Assembly (NCBI GenBank): GCA_002633005.1
Contig: NMRA01000845.1
Location: 58,636-122,635 of the forward strand
Length of the DNA: 64,000 nt
Source: Phoronis australis
Taxonomy: Eukaryota; Animalia; Phoronida
Direction of reading: 5' to 3'
Part shown: positions 40,903 through 55,400 of the stretch, one piece after another
Layout of the letters: every line of letters begins with the position of its first letter
Numbering within the stretch: position 1 is the first letter of the stretch
The notes under the pieces: model-generated
What the model saw: the letters and a program-made list of their open reading frames with translations, nothing else
What the model was told of the DNA's origin: nothing
The model's database searches: none
Translations under genes and position numbers: made by a program

Positions 40903-41199
40903 CAGGTCTCAGTTGGAGTTACGGCAGGTTTTACTAGACCACTGGTCTAAAAGTTAAGCCACCTTTATGAAATGCAGATTATCTTTAAGCCTGGTCTAAG
41001 TCCAGTTTAAACCAGGTTTAACTTTAAACCACCTTTATGAAATCAGCTGTATAAGTCTAAGTGATGTGGCTCAATTTAGGTAGTGCCGACCATTTTGGTC
41101 AAAGTCATGCGAGGAGGCATTTTGAGAAGTTTGAACCAATACGTGATCACGGCAACATAGTTACATGTACATGTATTAGTAAATAACGGCAACCGCCGA

Positions 41200-41830
41200 C
41201 ATGTGCTCAGTGCAGCCATTGTTTCAGCATGAACTAGCTACACCCAATACACGCCTGCAAAATTTAATTTGCACTTGTTCTAACCAGTTGTATTCTCGTA
41301 AGCCCCATGTTTCGGCTCCATAGCATGAGCTGGGGTAACTTATTTTAGCAAATGTCTCAAAAGCCACACGTGGTTGAAATATGGTCCAGCTTCTTTGTAG
41401 CTTGTCGACTGTAATGGCTACGTTCGTGGCTTGGGCTGACAGGGTCTGAGCAGCCATAGTCCACAATAACTTTGGTGTGAACACAACACCAAGATACTTG
41501 TAGCTGGCATGGAAATCACTTCGATTTTTTCACCTCCAAAATACCACATCTCGCAATTTCTCAAGGGACCTCCGTTTCTAAACACCATAACAGTGGTCTT
41601 CACTAAATTTACAGCACACGCTCCATTCCTGGCAGAACTTACTTAAAGCACACAGTAGTTTTTGCAGTTTAACTGGAGATTAAGTACACAAAGCCATATC
41701 ATCAGCATATCACAAAACTTTCACATCGGCAACATTTTGACATAGAAGAATACCATCGTCATTACATGAATGGATATATTCTACAACGTCATTAAATTTT
41801 TGAATAATCACCATGAACTCCAATATTAAA
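41200..41830 (-). mobile_element. Non-LTR retrotransposon RT fragment (CR1/L2/RTE-group)
   Basis: YADDMAL...VNLVKTTVMVFRNGG...YKYLGVVFT...YGAETWG...LEQVQIKFCRRVLGV, with frameshifts. Confidence 0.85.
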
Positions 41831-43154
41831 TTTTCAAAGACTAGTGACTGTGTAGACTCGATCCGACACGTGCTCTGTAATGAAACCTTGGACAAATGCT
41901 CAAATTTTACATAATGCTAAACTCGATAGCTGTGTTTTATGTAAATTGCATAGAAAATTAATTGTGCCACAGAAACAATTTACATGTTTGACACGTCTTC
42001 AAGTGATGTGACCAACATACATGTATGACCTGCGTGAAGACATATGAATACAGTGCCTTCAACAATTTATTTCTCAATATAAATGAGCTTCCCAGGTTGT
42101 ACACGTGCGTCTGTTGATGTTAATTTTGTTTTAAGACTCGTTTTAATAGGTTAAAGAGAATACTCGCGCATACAGTTGTACAAATTTACTTTACTATTTA
42201 GACAGATTTATAGCAACACTTTACATATCACTTTTGGCTATGGATATTCTCATGCTACATGTGTGACCGGTAGGGTTCGCGTTAATCTCGGGCGGGCAGT
42301 GCCTGATAGTGGAAAGCAATACGAGTTCCTGAATCGAAAGTTGACAGACAGGAAACAAAAAACACCGACCTATCCGTTTGAGAGACCACGACCCCTAAGG
42401 CAAATCTCTGTTCACGAATCAAGACTTACGGGCGACCTGCATCTAACTTCGTCGTAGCCCCCATGCTGTTTAGTTTTTGAAAGTTTCCATTCATATGCAA
42501 TGCCCTCGAAGATCTCTCCCGTTTATTCACTGCAAGATGACTTGTGGCACGATTTTCCATTGAGAACACTCGTTTGGTATTCAGTATCTCTAAAAGGCGA
42601 GTTTATTGATCTGGATTGTGTAATGACGTGGTTACCTGGTTGCTGCACTTGGATTACTTGGTGTGCTCGTAGTTCATTGGAAAGCGCAATAACCCCTCCT
42701 GAGAAGTAATAGCATGACCCTTGAACGTTTCCCTTTGAGTGGGTCGGCCTGCTGTTTCAGGTTGGGGCCATTTCCTTGAAAGCGCGCACCGTGAGGATAT
42801 GAGGTCTTACCCGATACATGAAGGACGATACAGGTGCGTAACTTCTGTCATTAATTACATTTTGTCTGGCTGATTACTCTTACAGTTCTCCACCTGTGGT
42901 AACTGTTTGGTGTACAGGTAGTTGTAATTCGTATATGTTTTAAGTGGTGGCTGTATTTTACAGTAGTTGTACTTTGCGTTATACTCATACATTAGTGTTC
43001 GGGTCGTGATTACGCACATTTATTCAAGTGGATATTTACTGAGAGGACTATGGCTTTTAAGAGAAGAACTGCTGTTCGTGTAAATACTCTGAATATACAT
43101 TTGAATTTATGTATTTTTGTATGAGTAAGCAAAGCCTACGATGTACAATAAGTG

Positions 43155-43205
43155 ATATTATTAGAATTATTATTATTATTACTATTATTATTATTATTAT
43201 TATTA
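43155..43205. repeat. (ATT)n microsatellite
   Basis: Run of ATT units. Confidence 0.9.
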
Positions 43206-43317
43206 AATAGGTATATCTATCCATCTATCAAATGTATTATCATTAGCTTGAACTAAACGTTTGTTACTTGACTTGCTGAATTTAACGCTCTTTCAAATTC
43301 CGACTATCATACTAATT

Positions 43318-44004
43318 AGGGCCCTAACATGCGTCCCGTTTTATGGACTCCGGAACCTATCTGTCCCGGGTTTTTGTGCCCCGGTGTTTTGCGTAGTAGT
43401 CCAGACACTAAGCGGACGAGTGTGCAAGTTTTAGCAACACTTGCCACTTAGGCCCACTTAACAGTTTTCAGGTGCTTTTCGATCGTGATTTAGGGCATAA
43501 GTTCAACATGTAATAAAGTAACGTGCTATTTTTATGCATTCTCCTTAGTTGCATTGGATTCTGGTCGTTATCATATAAAGCAATACCCCCTGGAATTTTG
43601 GAATGCTAGCTCACTTCTTGCAAATGCGCCTTTAGTTTTCGAGATTTCGGCTAGGTCGCAAACGGTGAACTTGGGTATGTTAATTTTCTTGGCTCATCGA
43701 GCACTGACCAAAGACACATAGAACTCGGTGTGAAATTAGCCACTGTCCCCCTGGAGAAATTGTCCGGCTTGCGTGTATTTGAATGAAGCATCCGGCTAAT
43801 CCACTGATTAACGTGCCAATACACCGGCATTCAAATACATGTACATGCAGCTAGGACATTCTCTGCGGGAGGACAATCACAGCTACCACAATGGGACACA
43901 TAGAACTCTGTCCGATGCATTGAAAACTGGTCGTACCGAGCCCGGACACGTACATATGTAGAATCCCGATATGCATAAAACGGGAACACATCAGGATGAC
44001 CCCC
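43318..44004. mobile_element. MITE inserted in the first array unit
   Basis: Inverted ends tgcgtcccgttttatg / cataaaacgggaacaca; inner inverted pair gtgtatttgaatg / cattcaaatacat. Confidence 0.6.
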
Positions 44005-47000
44005 AACATATGGATCAGAACAATGGTTCCCGTGATCGATAACTGCCTTGGTAGATTTTTCATTTATTTTCGAAGTGTCAACTTGAAAACAATTGTTGAT
44101 TTGCCGATTGTCTGTAAATTTCATTACTGCACGTGTTTGTCTATTTGCACGCCATACCCATACATAAACGACAACCTGCGACCCACGGATAACCAAGACG
44201 GAAGAAAGGTGGAAGACGAAAATTAAGAAGATAATCCAACAGGGGGTTTGTGTAATCTAACGTTGCTTGCGTGTCATACTGTATTAGTATAATTAGGGTA
44301 CAGCTCGATACTCCAAAGGTTCACAAGCTCGAATTCTCATAATACCACAAATGAATAAAAAGGCATAAGGTCGAAGGTTCGCAAATCCGACAGAAAGAAA
44401 AAACTAGTTAGTTCGAAACAAGTACGAAGGTCTTTGATCCCAGAAACCAGCGATTCGAAGTCAACGACAGCCAAGCAGCAATATTTTGGCCGCAACAAAC
44501 CATACTTCGAACATGTAAATAACTACAGCAACTCAGTGAATCGCCCAACTTCATGTTTGAATCCCGTTTTGAGAGGCACAGGCTCTTCGAAGAACAAGTT
44601 TCAAGCAGCCGTGTGCCAATAAATCCCTGAACGTTTTGCTTAAAATCACTGATCGGAACCTAGTGTCATGAAAGTTCAAATTTATAATCTTTGGTGGGTT
44701 TTCGTAATTGTGTGGATAAGTCTTCAGATTTATGGATTTTTAGACTTGCAAACCTTGCGACCCATGAATACCTTAATTTCATAGAAACTCTGTACACATT
44801 CTTTCTCACTTGAAGTTTTCAATTTAGGTCATATAAGGTTGATCACTTCTTATTGTGCAATTTTTATTTACTTGGCAAGTCGTCGAACCAGTGGGCTTCG
44901 GCTGATTAGTGTACCATTTACACACGGCACCTGACGTCGCGAGCAGTTACAATGTACCAAAAGTGCAGAAGGACCACTAACACGAATGACACCAGGGCCA
45001 AAGATATGGTGCCGTTCAGCTGTAAATCAGTATCCCGGCAGTTACCGGTTTTGACTACATGTCTGTACTCATTTGAGCCATCAACACTTGATCGATCAAG
45101 TGTTTTATTTGGAAAAGCGCAGTGAAAAATCTACTTCAAGAATACGTCTTTATTCAAGTACACGGTTTCACAACTGGTTTCAATGCAGTCTCTCAAAAAT
45201 TGTTTTGGTAATTGTATAACTGTGAGATCTTGTCAATATGAAATACACTATAGGCTCTCAGTTCGGGTCGCCTGTGCTACATTCCTTCTTGGAAGTGAAC
45301 TACATTTAGTCTTAATTGCTGAATTTTATTTGAGCCACTTTGCCATTTGTTAAATAGCTGGGCTTTGCTTACCATTAAAAAGATACCAAACTCGGTTTTG
45401 GCCTACTTACACATGCGCAAAATGACTTTTCCCATCCATTTCTCTGAAACAAAATAATGCTTTGTAACTTATGGCCAACCCTCAAAAGTCTGTAAGAACT
45501 CTTGAAAATTCTAACAAATTCTGCTAAACGGGCAAGCGTGACCTACGCTTTTAGAAAGTTACACAACACCTTTGGAAAAGACCACCCGTTAAGGACCAAA
45601 ACGCGCAATTTTTGAGATAGGAAGTATGAGTTTTTTTCAGATGGTTCCTGCTTTTATTTTGGAAGATTTGACACTAAAGATGCAAAGCAGGTGACAGAAA
45701 GTGGATTGGTTGACATCATCAATATAAGGTTTATCATCCTTACGGGACCATACAGGACTGCGACGTCATGACGGGTTACAGTGCATCAAACAGTTCCTGC
45801 AGTACACTAGTACGACTGACAACAGAGTTGAAAAGTGTATTACCGTTCAACTTTCATGAGAAAAAAGCATTTAAAATGCTTTATACTAGTTTGTTGGGGC
45901 ATCGTTTTACTTTCCTAACCAAATTTCTTTCAATGTATACTTCACAATATGAAATAGTCTCACCTCGGCTCATGTACGTTAAATTCGCCCTCGAAGGTTG
46001 ATTGGACTTTATTGCCAAGTATGCTATTTTAGCTAAATTTTTTACAAAATTAAATATTTTAATTCCTTAAACGTTTAAATTATCGGAAACTAGAAACCCA
46101 AGTAGAATTTGAAATTTCGGGTTTTACTAGTATGGTATTCATAATGATTGCCTAACAAGAATATTTCCCTTAAGTAAAATTTAGCGAAAAAGAAAAGAAA
46201 AGCACAGTAATAGCAAAACAACGGTATCGATAACAAGTTCGAATTTCATTTGATGAAAATGTTCCAAGACGTGATCTCAAAAAAACTATTAATGTTTTTA
46301 AAACATCATGATTTTATTTTGAATTCGTTTTGTAAACGGTGTTTAAGTCTTTGGATTTGGAAGTTTTACATAAATCTGGACAGCTATTTCTGAGATATAA
46401 AACTTCAAAGTTGCAAAGTGTACACGATTTGAATCTTCAAAGTTAGAGAAATGTTGACATTTTTTCTATGGTCATACAGGACCTCGCCACAACTGGCAGT
46501 GCACCCGGCCAAGATGTCGCTGAAGCACCAACGCTAAATGACACCAGAGTCGGAAAGGTAAAAAAAAGGAGTTGCCTCTTACGTGAGGGCGTAGACCATG
46601 AGATCCTGTCTTACCCGATACATGAAGGGCGATAGAGGTGTGTAACTTTCGTTATTGATCACATTTTTGTCTGGCTGACAGTTACAGTTACCCACCTGTG
46701 ACAAATGTATGGTGTCCATATAATTGGGGTGTACTCAAGTATTAGTGTTTGGGTTGCGATGACACACATGTACTTCGAATAGATAAAGCTCTCCATCCAT
46801 CATATCTATTACCATTTGCTTGCACTAAGCGTTTGTTACTTGTCTTGCTGGTACATTCGCGTTGACGCTAACACTCTTTTCAATCCCGACTAACATTTGC
46901 ACTAACATGCTAACACCAATCCTAACATATCAAGAAATACAGCATGAATAAATACAAACGACGTTCAAGGTCACAAAATGCATGCTGAGTGGTGTTATTT

Positions 47001-47650
47001 GAATTCCTCTCCAAATGTCAAGATCAAATGGAGCTGAACAGTGGTTCCCGTGATCGATTACTACCGTGGCAGGGACAAGGATTTTTGAATTAGTTTCCGA
47101 GTGGCAAATTGAAAACAATAGTTGATTTATCGATTGTTTGTAAATTTTATTAATGAACGTTTTCGTTTATTTACTTACCATGCCCACGACACAACGATAC
47201 GATCCGACTCACGGATAACCAAGGCGGAAGAAGAAGCATGAAAGACTTAAAATTAACAACCGAAAACTAAAATTAAGAAGAAAATTTAAAGTAGCTGGCA
47301 AGTCACAGTGCATTAGTATAAATAAGATGGAGCTCGATACTCCGATGGTTCGCAAGCCTGAGGGGAAGTTATGTAACATTGAATGACTTTTTTAAATTAA
47401 ATACCCTATCAGGCAAATAAAAACGTTTCTAAAAACAGCCCTATCAAACTGATAGTAAAACAACTAATATTCTTTCAGACTTGTGTTGATCTTCGGATTT
47501 ATTTATTTGAAGACTTGTAAACTTTTGGAGCCACGAATTCCGTTATTTCATACCTTCCTCCTAAAATTGTTCTCACTTGTAGTTTTCAATTCAGATCATA
47601 TGGGTTCATTGTTTCGAGGGGATTAACTTCTTTCGAACCTGATTATAGGT

Positions 47651-49341
47651 TTTATGAGCAAACGTATTTATATGTGGACTCATTATGCCGCCAGCTCCGT
47701 CCATCCGTTAGGGCTGCGGCGTCCGGCGTCCACTCCAAAACGACTGGACGTATGTTCAGGAAGTTTTGCACATGTGTTTCTTCCGTGGATGAGACGGCAT
47801 GAGCGAACTTTCAGGCGGATCCGACTATCGGTGTGACCCCTATTGACAATTTTAGTTTTTTACGTTTACCTCTGTAACTTCAAATGTCCTGAACGGATTT
47901 TTGAAAAAAATTGGTACATAGACACCTATTAGTGAGATGAGACTAAACTTTTGTTTTCAGATGGATTCGACGTAGTTTGCGCCACCTAGTGGCCATTTCT
48001 GGTGTTTTCGAGTTTGTTTTTTGCGTCCACCCCTCTATCAACCAAACCGCTCAAAGGATGATTGTGAAAATTGGCATGTACGACGATGATATTTTCCGAC
48101 GACTTCGACTATTATGGCTCCTCCTAGTGGCAGTTTCTTGCGCCTATGGCTGCATGTCCTAAACCGTTCGCAGGATCTTTAATAAATTTAGTAAGTGTAT
48201 TTATGGAAAGTTGACGACGGAAGACAACGACTTTCGGACAGATCTGACTACCGGTGTGCCACCTACTGGCAATTTTATTATTTTTCGTTTACCTCTGTGT
48301 GTTCAAATGTCCTCAACGTATTTTCCTAAAACACGCATCTGTTAATTAAGTGACGCTATCTGTCCGTTTTCAGATAGATTCGACCTAGTTTGCGCCATCT
48401 AGTGGCCATTTTTACTGTTTTCGAGTCTGTTTTTGGCGTCCATTCATCTATCAACGAAACCGCTTTCAGGATAATTGTGAAAATTGGCATGTATGTTTTT
48501 ACTATAAAGTGGACGGCTGACGATGATTTTCCGACGACTTTGACTACTATGGCGCCTCCTAGTGGCACATTTTTTGCGCTCATGACTGTATCTCCTTAAC
48601 CGTTTGCAGGATTATTACTTAATTTGTGTGTATTTACATGTATATGATGTTGACAACGAACGACGAAGACTTTCGGACGGATCTGACTACTGGTGTGCCC
48701 CCTAGTGGCAATTTTAGTTTTTTACGTTTACCAGTCGGCACCTTCAGAGTCCTCAACAGATTTTCATAAAGTTGTGAATATAGGTATCTATGACTTTGGA
48801 TAGAATTGAGGTATTTTGCGCGACCTACTGGCCATTTTTGCTGTGTTTAAATCTTGTTTTTGGCGTCCACTCCTCTATCAACGAAATCATTCTAGGGATA
48901 GTTTTGAAAATTGGCGTACACTGTATATGTTTTCAGTGCAAAGAGGACGTTTGATGATGGCAACTGACTAGTGTGGCGCCGCCTAGTGGTAGTTATGTTT
49001 CGTTTTGCGCCCATAGCGATGTCTCCTAAACCCACTTCAGGATCTTTATTAACTTAAGTAAGTGTATTTATATGAAGATAACAACAGACGACGACTTTCA
49101 GGCGGATCCAACGAACGCTGTGCCCCAAGTGGCCGTTTCATGTTATTCTGTTTTCCTTTGTTTCTCTGAAGTTTCTTGACAGATTTTTGTGAAATATGGC
49201 ATGCTCCCGTTTTTGGATGGATTGTACGTTTTTGCGCCATCTAGAGGCCATTTTTATGATACAAATAAATAACCCTAAAAGCACGCCATTTGCGATGGCA
49301 TGCATTCGTGGGCGCATTTCAAAGCTCGGCGTTGCTCTTGT
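47651..49341 (+). mobile_element. Helentron-associated non-autonomous element (HINE/DINE-1-like) with ~4 internal ~430-440 bp repeats
   Basis: Degenerate 5' subterminal IR and ccgt motif; repeats marked by gccacctagtggc; 3' end gtgggcgcatttcaaagctcggcgttgctcttgtt; inserted at TT. Confidence 0.75.
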
Positions 49342-50883
49342 TTAGGGACTTGTTCTTTCGTCAAACTACTGGCTGACCAGTATACCATTAACATGGGAGA
49401 TTTTACAAAAATCTGAACTGCTATTTTTAAGATATCAACCTTTAAAATTAGAGAAATGTGGACACTTTCTAGGGCCACGCAGCATCCGAAGTAGCAGGAC
49501 GCTGTCCTTGCCACCACTGGCAGCGAACAAAAATGTCACTGAACTGTCACCATGTAATGACACCAGAATAGGAAAAGTAAAAAATCCAGGAAATTGCCTC
49601 TTCCTTGGGGGCTTACGTCATGAGATGCTGTCTTACCGATACACAAGTTACGACTGGGGTGCGTTACTTTCGTTATTGATAACATTTTGGACTGGCTTAC
49701 ACGTGCAGTTACAGTTCTCCACCTGTTACAACACTGTGCTGTTCAGGTCGTTGAAATACATTTCTAGTGTTACAGTAGCTGTATTTTAGTTGTACTTTGG
49801 GTTCTTCTCATATATGCTTTGGCCGTGATGACGCTCATTTATTCCAATAGATAGACTGTAGATCTGTCCATCTATCAATTGTAGTATCATTCGCTTGGAC
49901 TAGACGTTTGTTGCTTTTCTTGCTTGTGCATTAACGTTGATGCAAACACACATTCTAATCCCGCCAACAATTCCAATAAAATACTAATACCAGTCCTAAC
50001 AAACCTAAAAACATCAATTAATCCAACTGACGTTCGAAGTCACAAAATGTATGCTGAATGTCATTATTTGAATTGCTCTACAGATGCCACAACAGGATGG
50101 AGCTAGGCTGTGGTTCCCGGTATCAATTACTGGCGGAGTAAGGACAAAGATTTTCAATTGATCTGCGTGTGAGATATTGAAAACAGTTGATTTGGCGATT
50201 GTTTGTAAATTTTTTCAATTCACGTTTTGTGTATTTACACGCAGTACCCATACCCCAGCAATACGCTGCGACCCTCGAATAACCAAAACGGATGAAGAAG
50301 TTCTTCAGACGAAAATTATGAAGGTAAACTGTTGCATTAAATAAAGTGAAGCTCAATACCTTTAATGATTTCAAATCTGTGCCCATTATACGACAAACGA
50401 AAATGTTATAAAAAGCCCTGTCGGGACGCAGGTTCACAAACTCGACAAAAAGCTTATTAGTTTGAAAACAGTTCGAATATTAAAGAGAACAGAAGCCAGT
50501 GATTAAAACTTCAACGTCAGAGGAGCAACAACATTTTAGTGGCTGTGTTCCAAAAGTTGAAAATGTTAATAAAAGCGACAGTGCACTTTGTCAAACTTTG
50601 TTTGGATGCTTTACCAAGTCACTGGCTCTTAGAAGGATTGGTTCCAGGGAGGCACGTGCTTACAAATCTCCAAACATTTTGTTCGAAATCACTGTTCAGA
50701 ACCTCGTGACATGAAATTTTTCGAATTTTTAGCTTTCGAACTAATGGTCTCTCGGACTTGTGAGGATATTTGAATTGATGGATTTGTTTACTTGCAAACC
50801 TTTGGAGTCATGAATACCGCGATTTCATAATTTTGGCCCACACTTTTTTCACTTGAAATTTCAATTCAGATCATATCATTTCA

Positions 50884-52381
50884 TTGTGCGCCCACATATT
50901 TATATGTGGACGCATTATGCCGTCATCTCCGTCCGTCCGTCCGTCCGTCCGTCCGTCCGGCGTCCGGCATCCGGCGTCCGCTGCTCTATCTCCAAAACCC
51001 TTTGACATACGTTCATGAAATTTTGCACGTATGTCCCATTCATGAATGGGACGGAATGTGCGAAATTTCGGACGGGTCCGACTACCGGTGTGCCACCTAG
51101 TGGCAATTTATTTTTTTACGCTTACCTTTGTATCTTCAAAAGTCCTCAACGGATTTTCATGAAATTTGGTATGTAGGCACTTATTAGTGAGATGACGCTA
51201 TCCTCCCGTTTTCAGATGGATTCGACATAGTTTGTGCCACCTAGTGGCCATTTTTAGTGTTTCCGAGTCTATTTTCCACCCCTCTATCAACCAAACCGCT
51301 CAAAGGATGATTGTGAAAATTGGCATTTATATGCTTACTATGTAGGGGACGGTTGACGATGCTTTTCCGACGATTTCGACTACTGTGGCGCCTCCTAGTG
51401 GCAGTTTTTTTTTTGCGCCTATGGCTGTATCTCCTAAACCTTTTGCAGGATCTTTAAGAAATTGTGTAAGTATATGTATATGATGTTAACAACGGAAGAT
51501 GACGACTTTTGGACGGATCCGACTACCGGTGTGCCCCCTAGTGGCAATTTTATTTTTTTACGTTTACCTCTGTATCTTCACAAGTCCTTAGCGGATTTTC
51601 ATGAAATTTGGTATGTAGGCACCTATTAGTGCGATGACACTATCCTCCCGTTTTCGGATGGGTTCGACCTAGTTTGCGACACCCAGTGGCCATTTTTACT
51701 GTTTTTGAGTCTGTTTTTTGGCGTCCACCCCTCTATCAACCAAACCGCTCTAAGTATGATTGTGAAAATTGGCATGTATGTTCTTACTATGAAGAGGACG
51801 GTTGACGCTGAATTTCCCATGACTTTGATTACTGTGGCGCCTCCTAGTGTCATTTTTTTGCGCCCATGGCTGTATCTCCCAAACCGTTTGCAGGATCTTT
51901 ACTAAATTTAGCAAGTGTATTTATGTGATGTTGACAACGGACGATGACGACTTTAGGATGATTCTGACTACCGGTATGCCTCTAGTGGCAATTCAAGTAT
52001 TTTACATTGACCTCTGTATTTTCATAGGTCTTCAGGTGTATACTTTGTGTTACTTCGTGACTGTGAAGGAAAAGTTCCAAGTAGAAATTTGTTTCTGGCA
52101 TTCTAATGCTGTGCTAATCTCGTATGTTGGTAAATTTGTTTTTAATTCTATGTTTCTTTGGTGCTTTAAGGAACTGATGTATAGGATGTGCTTGTATTAT
52201 GAAGATCACTCACATTTTGCCCCTAGCCTATTGAGGAGACAATGACCATGCCTTTCCATTTTACAACATACTACATATATGCCCTCTACTGGCCCCCTTA
52301 TGGTACCCATAAACAACCCTAGAAGGACACCGTATACGGTGCAATTGTGGGCGCATTTCAACGCCCAACGTTGCTCTTGTT
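50884..52381 (+). mobile_element. HINE/DINE-1-like element (best-preserved copy)
   Basis: 5' tgcgcccaca with nearby IR tgtggacgca, (CCGT)n at 50929-50957, ~441-bp tandem repeats, 3' tgtgggcgca followed by gctcttgttt. Confidence 0.82.
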
Positions 52382-52430
52382 TTTTCTTGGGGGTTGGCTT
52401 GCTTTTAACATTATTGTACAGTCTGTAGCA

Positions 52431-52468
52431 CACCCTTGACAAAGAGCTCATCGCTCGAAACGTGGGGA
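52431..52468 (+). ncRNA. Penelope-type minimal hammerhead ribozyme variant, likely degenerate
   Basis: caccc-TTGACAA-agagc-tcatc-gctc-GAAA-cgt-g-ggg: stem I ccc/ggg, stem II gagc/gctc, palindromic stem III acgt. Confidence 0.5.
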
Positions 52469-55400
52469 TATTTTATTATATTTTAGTACCGACGCTCTTC
52501 GTTTTAGTATTACTATTTTATATTCTTATCCGTCGGTAACTGCACGGCATTTCAACATCTATTTGATAACATTATTCTATGCCTTTTTGATACTTGGCTT
52601 TTCATCAAACTATTTGACATTAGCTGAATAACACACCATCAACATGCGATATCTGACATTGGGAACAGTGACAGTTTACCAAAATTTCTGTAGGACCACT
52701 GACAAGAATCGTACCAGAGGCAAAATGTATGTTTTCGTCTATTTACACGCCATACCCATACCCATACCCCAAAGATAACCCGCGACCTTCGCTAAACCAA
52801 AACGAAAGAAGAAATATTTATAACGAAAATTATGAAGGTAAAGTATCGTTGCTTGGGTTTCATACTGCAGTGTACAGCTTAATACCTTGAAGGTTTTCAA
52901 ATCAGTGGCCATAATACAACAAATGAAAATTCATTGAAAAAAGCCGTATCAGCCTGAATGTTAGCAAATTCGAAAAAAGCTTATTAGTGCGAAAATAATT
53001 CGACGATCTGAGAGACGAGAAGTCAGTGATCGGAAGTTAATGACAAAGGAGCGGCAAGATTTAAGAGGCGGAAAACCAAAAGTTGAAAATTAAAATAAAA
53101 GCGACAGTTCAGTGCACACTGTCAAACGTTGTTTGGATACTTTACCAAGGCACTAGCTGTTCGAAGAATTCGTTTTAAGAAGACACGTGCTTACCACTCT
53201 CCAAACATTTTGGTCGATATCACTGTTCAAAATGCCTCTTGACATGAAAATACGAACCTTTTGTTTTCGAACTAATGGTCTTTCGGGCTTGTGTGGATAT
53301 TGATGGATTTATTTATGTGCTTGTCTTTGAAAACAAGCAATACCGGCATTTCATAACTTTACCCCACACTTTTTCTCACTTGTAGTTTTCATTTCAGCTC
53401 ATACGATTTCATTGTTTCCAAGGGGTTGACTTCTTTTTATCATTATTTTAGGTCTTTTAGGTACTTGGCCTTTCGTCGAACTATTTGACTTTGGCTGACC
53501 AGTATACCACTAACATGCGAGATCTGACATTGCAAGCAATGACAATATACCAAAAGTACTGCAGGACCACTGACACGATTCGCACAAGAGTCAAGGTTCT
53601 GTTAACTTGTAAACATCATAAAAGCTTCTAGGTTTTTACTACACGTTTGTGCTCATGTGTGTCATCGAAACATGACCGACATTTTTTCGATATGGAAAAG
53701 GGAAGTGTAAAATCTACTAGCCAGTAATTCAGGCATATGTCTTTATTAATGCACAATGACTCACATCTAGTTTCAAGGCATGTTCTCTTAAAAACCATTA
53801 AAAGCTAGCAAAAACCGCAGACTCATTGTTAATTAAACAACCGTGTCAAAACATTATCGAAAATCATTTGATGAAAAGTTTTGAGAAGTGATCTCAGAAA
53901 CAATGTATATTTGATGTTCTAAATTGTGATTATTGCACTTTCGTTTTGTGAAAGACGTTTAAATCATAGTATGTGAACGTTTTACATAAATCTGAACCGC
54001 TATTTCTGAGATAGCAACCTATGAATCAAGAGAAATGTAGACGCCTTTTCTAGGGTCATGCAGGATCTGAACTAGAAGGATCTTGACCTCGCCACCACTG
54101 GCAACAGACTAAAGATGTCGCTGAACCACCAACTCAAAACGACACCAGAGTCGGAAAAATAAAAAATCCCGGAAATTGCCTCTTTCATCAGGACGTGCGC
54201 CATAAGATGCTATCTTATCCAAAATGCAAAAGACGATAAAAGTGTGTAAATTTCGTTATAAAACGTTTTGGACTTGCTGATAAGTGCAGTTACAGTTCTC
54301 CACCTGTGACAGCTGTGTGGTTTCCAGGTCGCTGTAAAATATTTTAAGTGTTGGCTGGTTTTTAATTGCACGATGGGTTCTTCTAATGTATTAAAGCTTA
54401 GGCCGTGATGACACACTTTTAATCCCATGGACAGATCTGCCCATTTATCAATGGTATTACCATTCGCTTGGACTAGAGGTTTGTTACTTTTCTTGCCTGT
54501 GGATTTGCGTTAACGCTAACGTACTTTCCAATCCCGCCCAACAAAGCACTAACATACAAACACAAGCCCTAACATACGAAGACATACACCCCAAAATTAA
54601 TCTAAATGGCATTTAAGGTCGCAAAAGCTATGCTGAATGGAATATTTGAATCCCTGTGCCGATGTAGAACCAAGATGAAGCTGAGCAGTGCTTCCCGTGG
54701 TCGATTCCTGTCGGTGTAGGTAGAAAGATTATTCAATTGATCCGCGTACGGCAAATTGAAAGCAATTGATAGGTCGATTGTTTGTAAATTTTATCAATAC
54801 GCGTTTTTTTTCCTATTTATACGCCATACCCATACTCAAAGATAACCTTCTTTTAATCAAAACGAAAGAAGTAAGATTTAAGACGAAAATTATAAAGCTA
54901 AGGTATCGTTACTTGGATTTCCTACTGCAGTGTGTACAGCTCAATACCTTGAACGTTCTCAAATCCCTACCCATAATACAACAAATGAAAACATTTTTAA
55001 AGGGTGCTATTAGGCCGAAGGTTCACAATTTCGAGAAAAACCTAATTATTACTAAAACAGTTTGACAAAGACAAGGTCTTTTCAATAGATGTGCGTGTGG
55101 TTAATTGAAAACGGTCGATTTTTCGATTATTTGTAAATTTTATATATGCATGTTTTGTCTATTTACACGCCAAACCCAAGCCCCAACAATACCCCCATGA
55201 CCCTCGGATAACCAAAACGAATTCCGAAAGATTTAAGGTGCAACTTATGAAGGTAAATTATCATTGCTTGCGTTTCATATTGCATTAGCTGTAAATAGTG
55301 TACAGCTCAATGTGTTGAAGGTCGTCAAATCCGTACACGTAATACGGTAGGAAAACGTTTTTTAAAAAGGAAAAATCAAATTGCTAGTTGAACAACGGTT

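Larger units (their letters stand above)
38199..41049. mobile_element. Nested Harbinger-type MITE cluster
   Basis: Outer TIR cagccgattttataaaggtg / cacctttatgaaatcagctg; second left end at ~38406 and second right end at ~40975; internal aaaccaggttt palindromes. Confidence 0.7.

Noticed and set aside
43831-44196. 121-aa protein-like minus-strand ORF (…HGNHCSDPY…CGSCDC…)
   Set aside because: Spans the junction of an array unit and the TIR of an inserted MITE, so it is chimeric.
46245-46400. C/D-box snoRNA in each array unit (tgatga…ctga; also gtgatga at 49825, 54405, 59642)
   Set aside because: Boxes are mutated in several copies, there is no terminal stem or evident rRNA complementarity, and they are not visibly more conserved than flanks.
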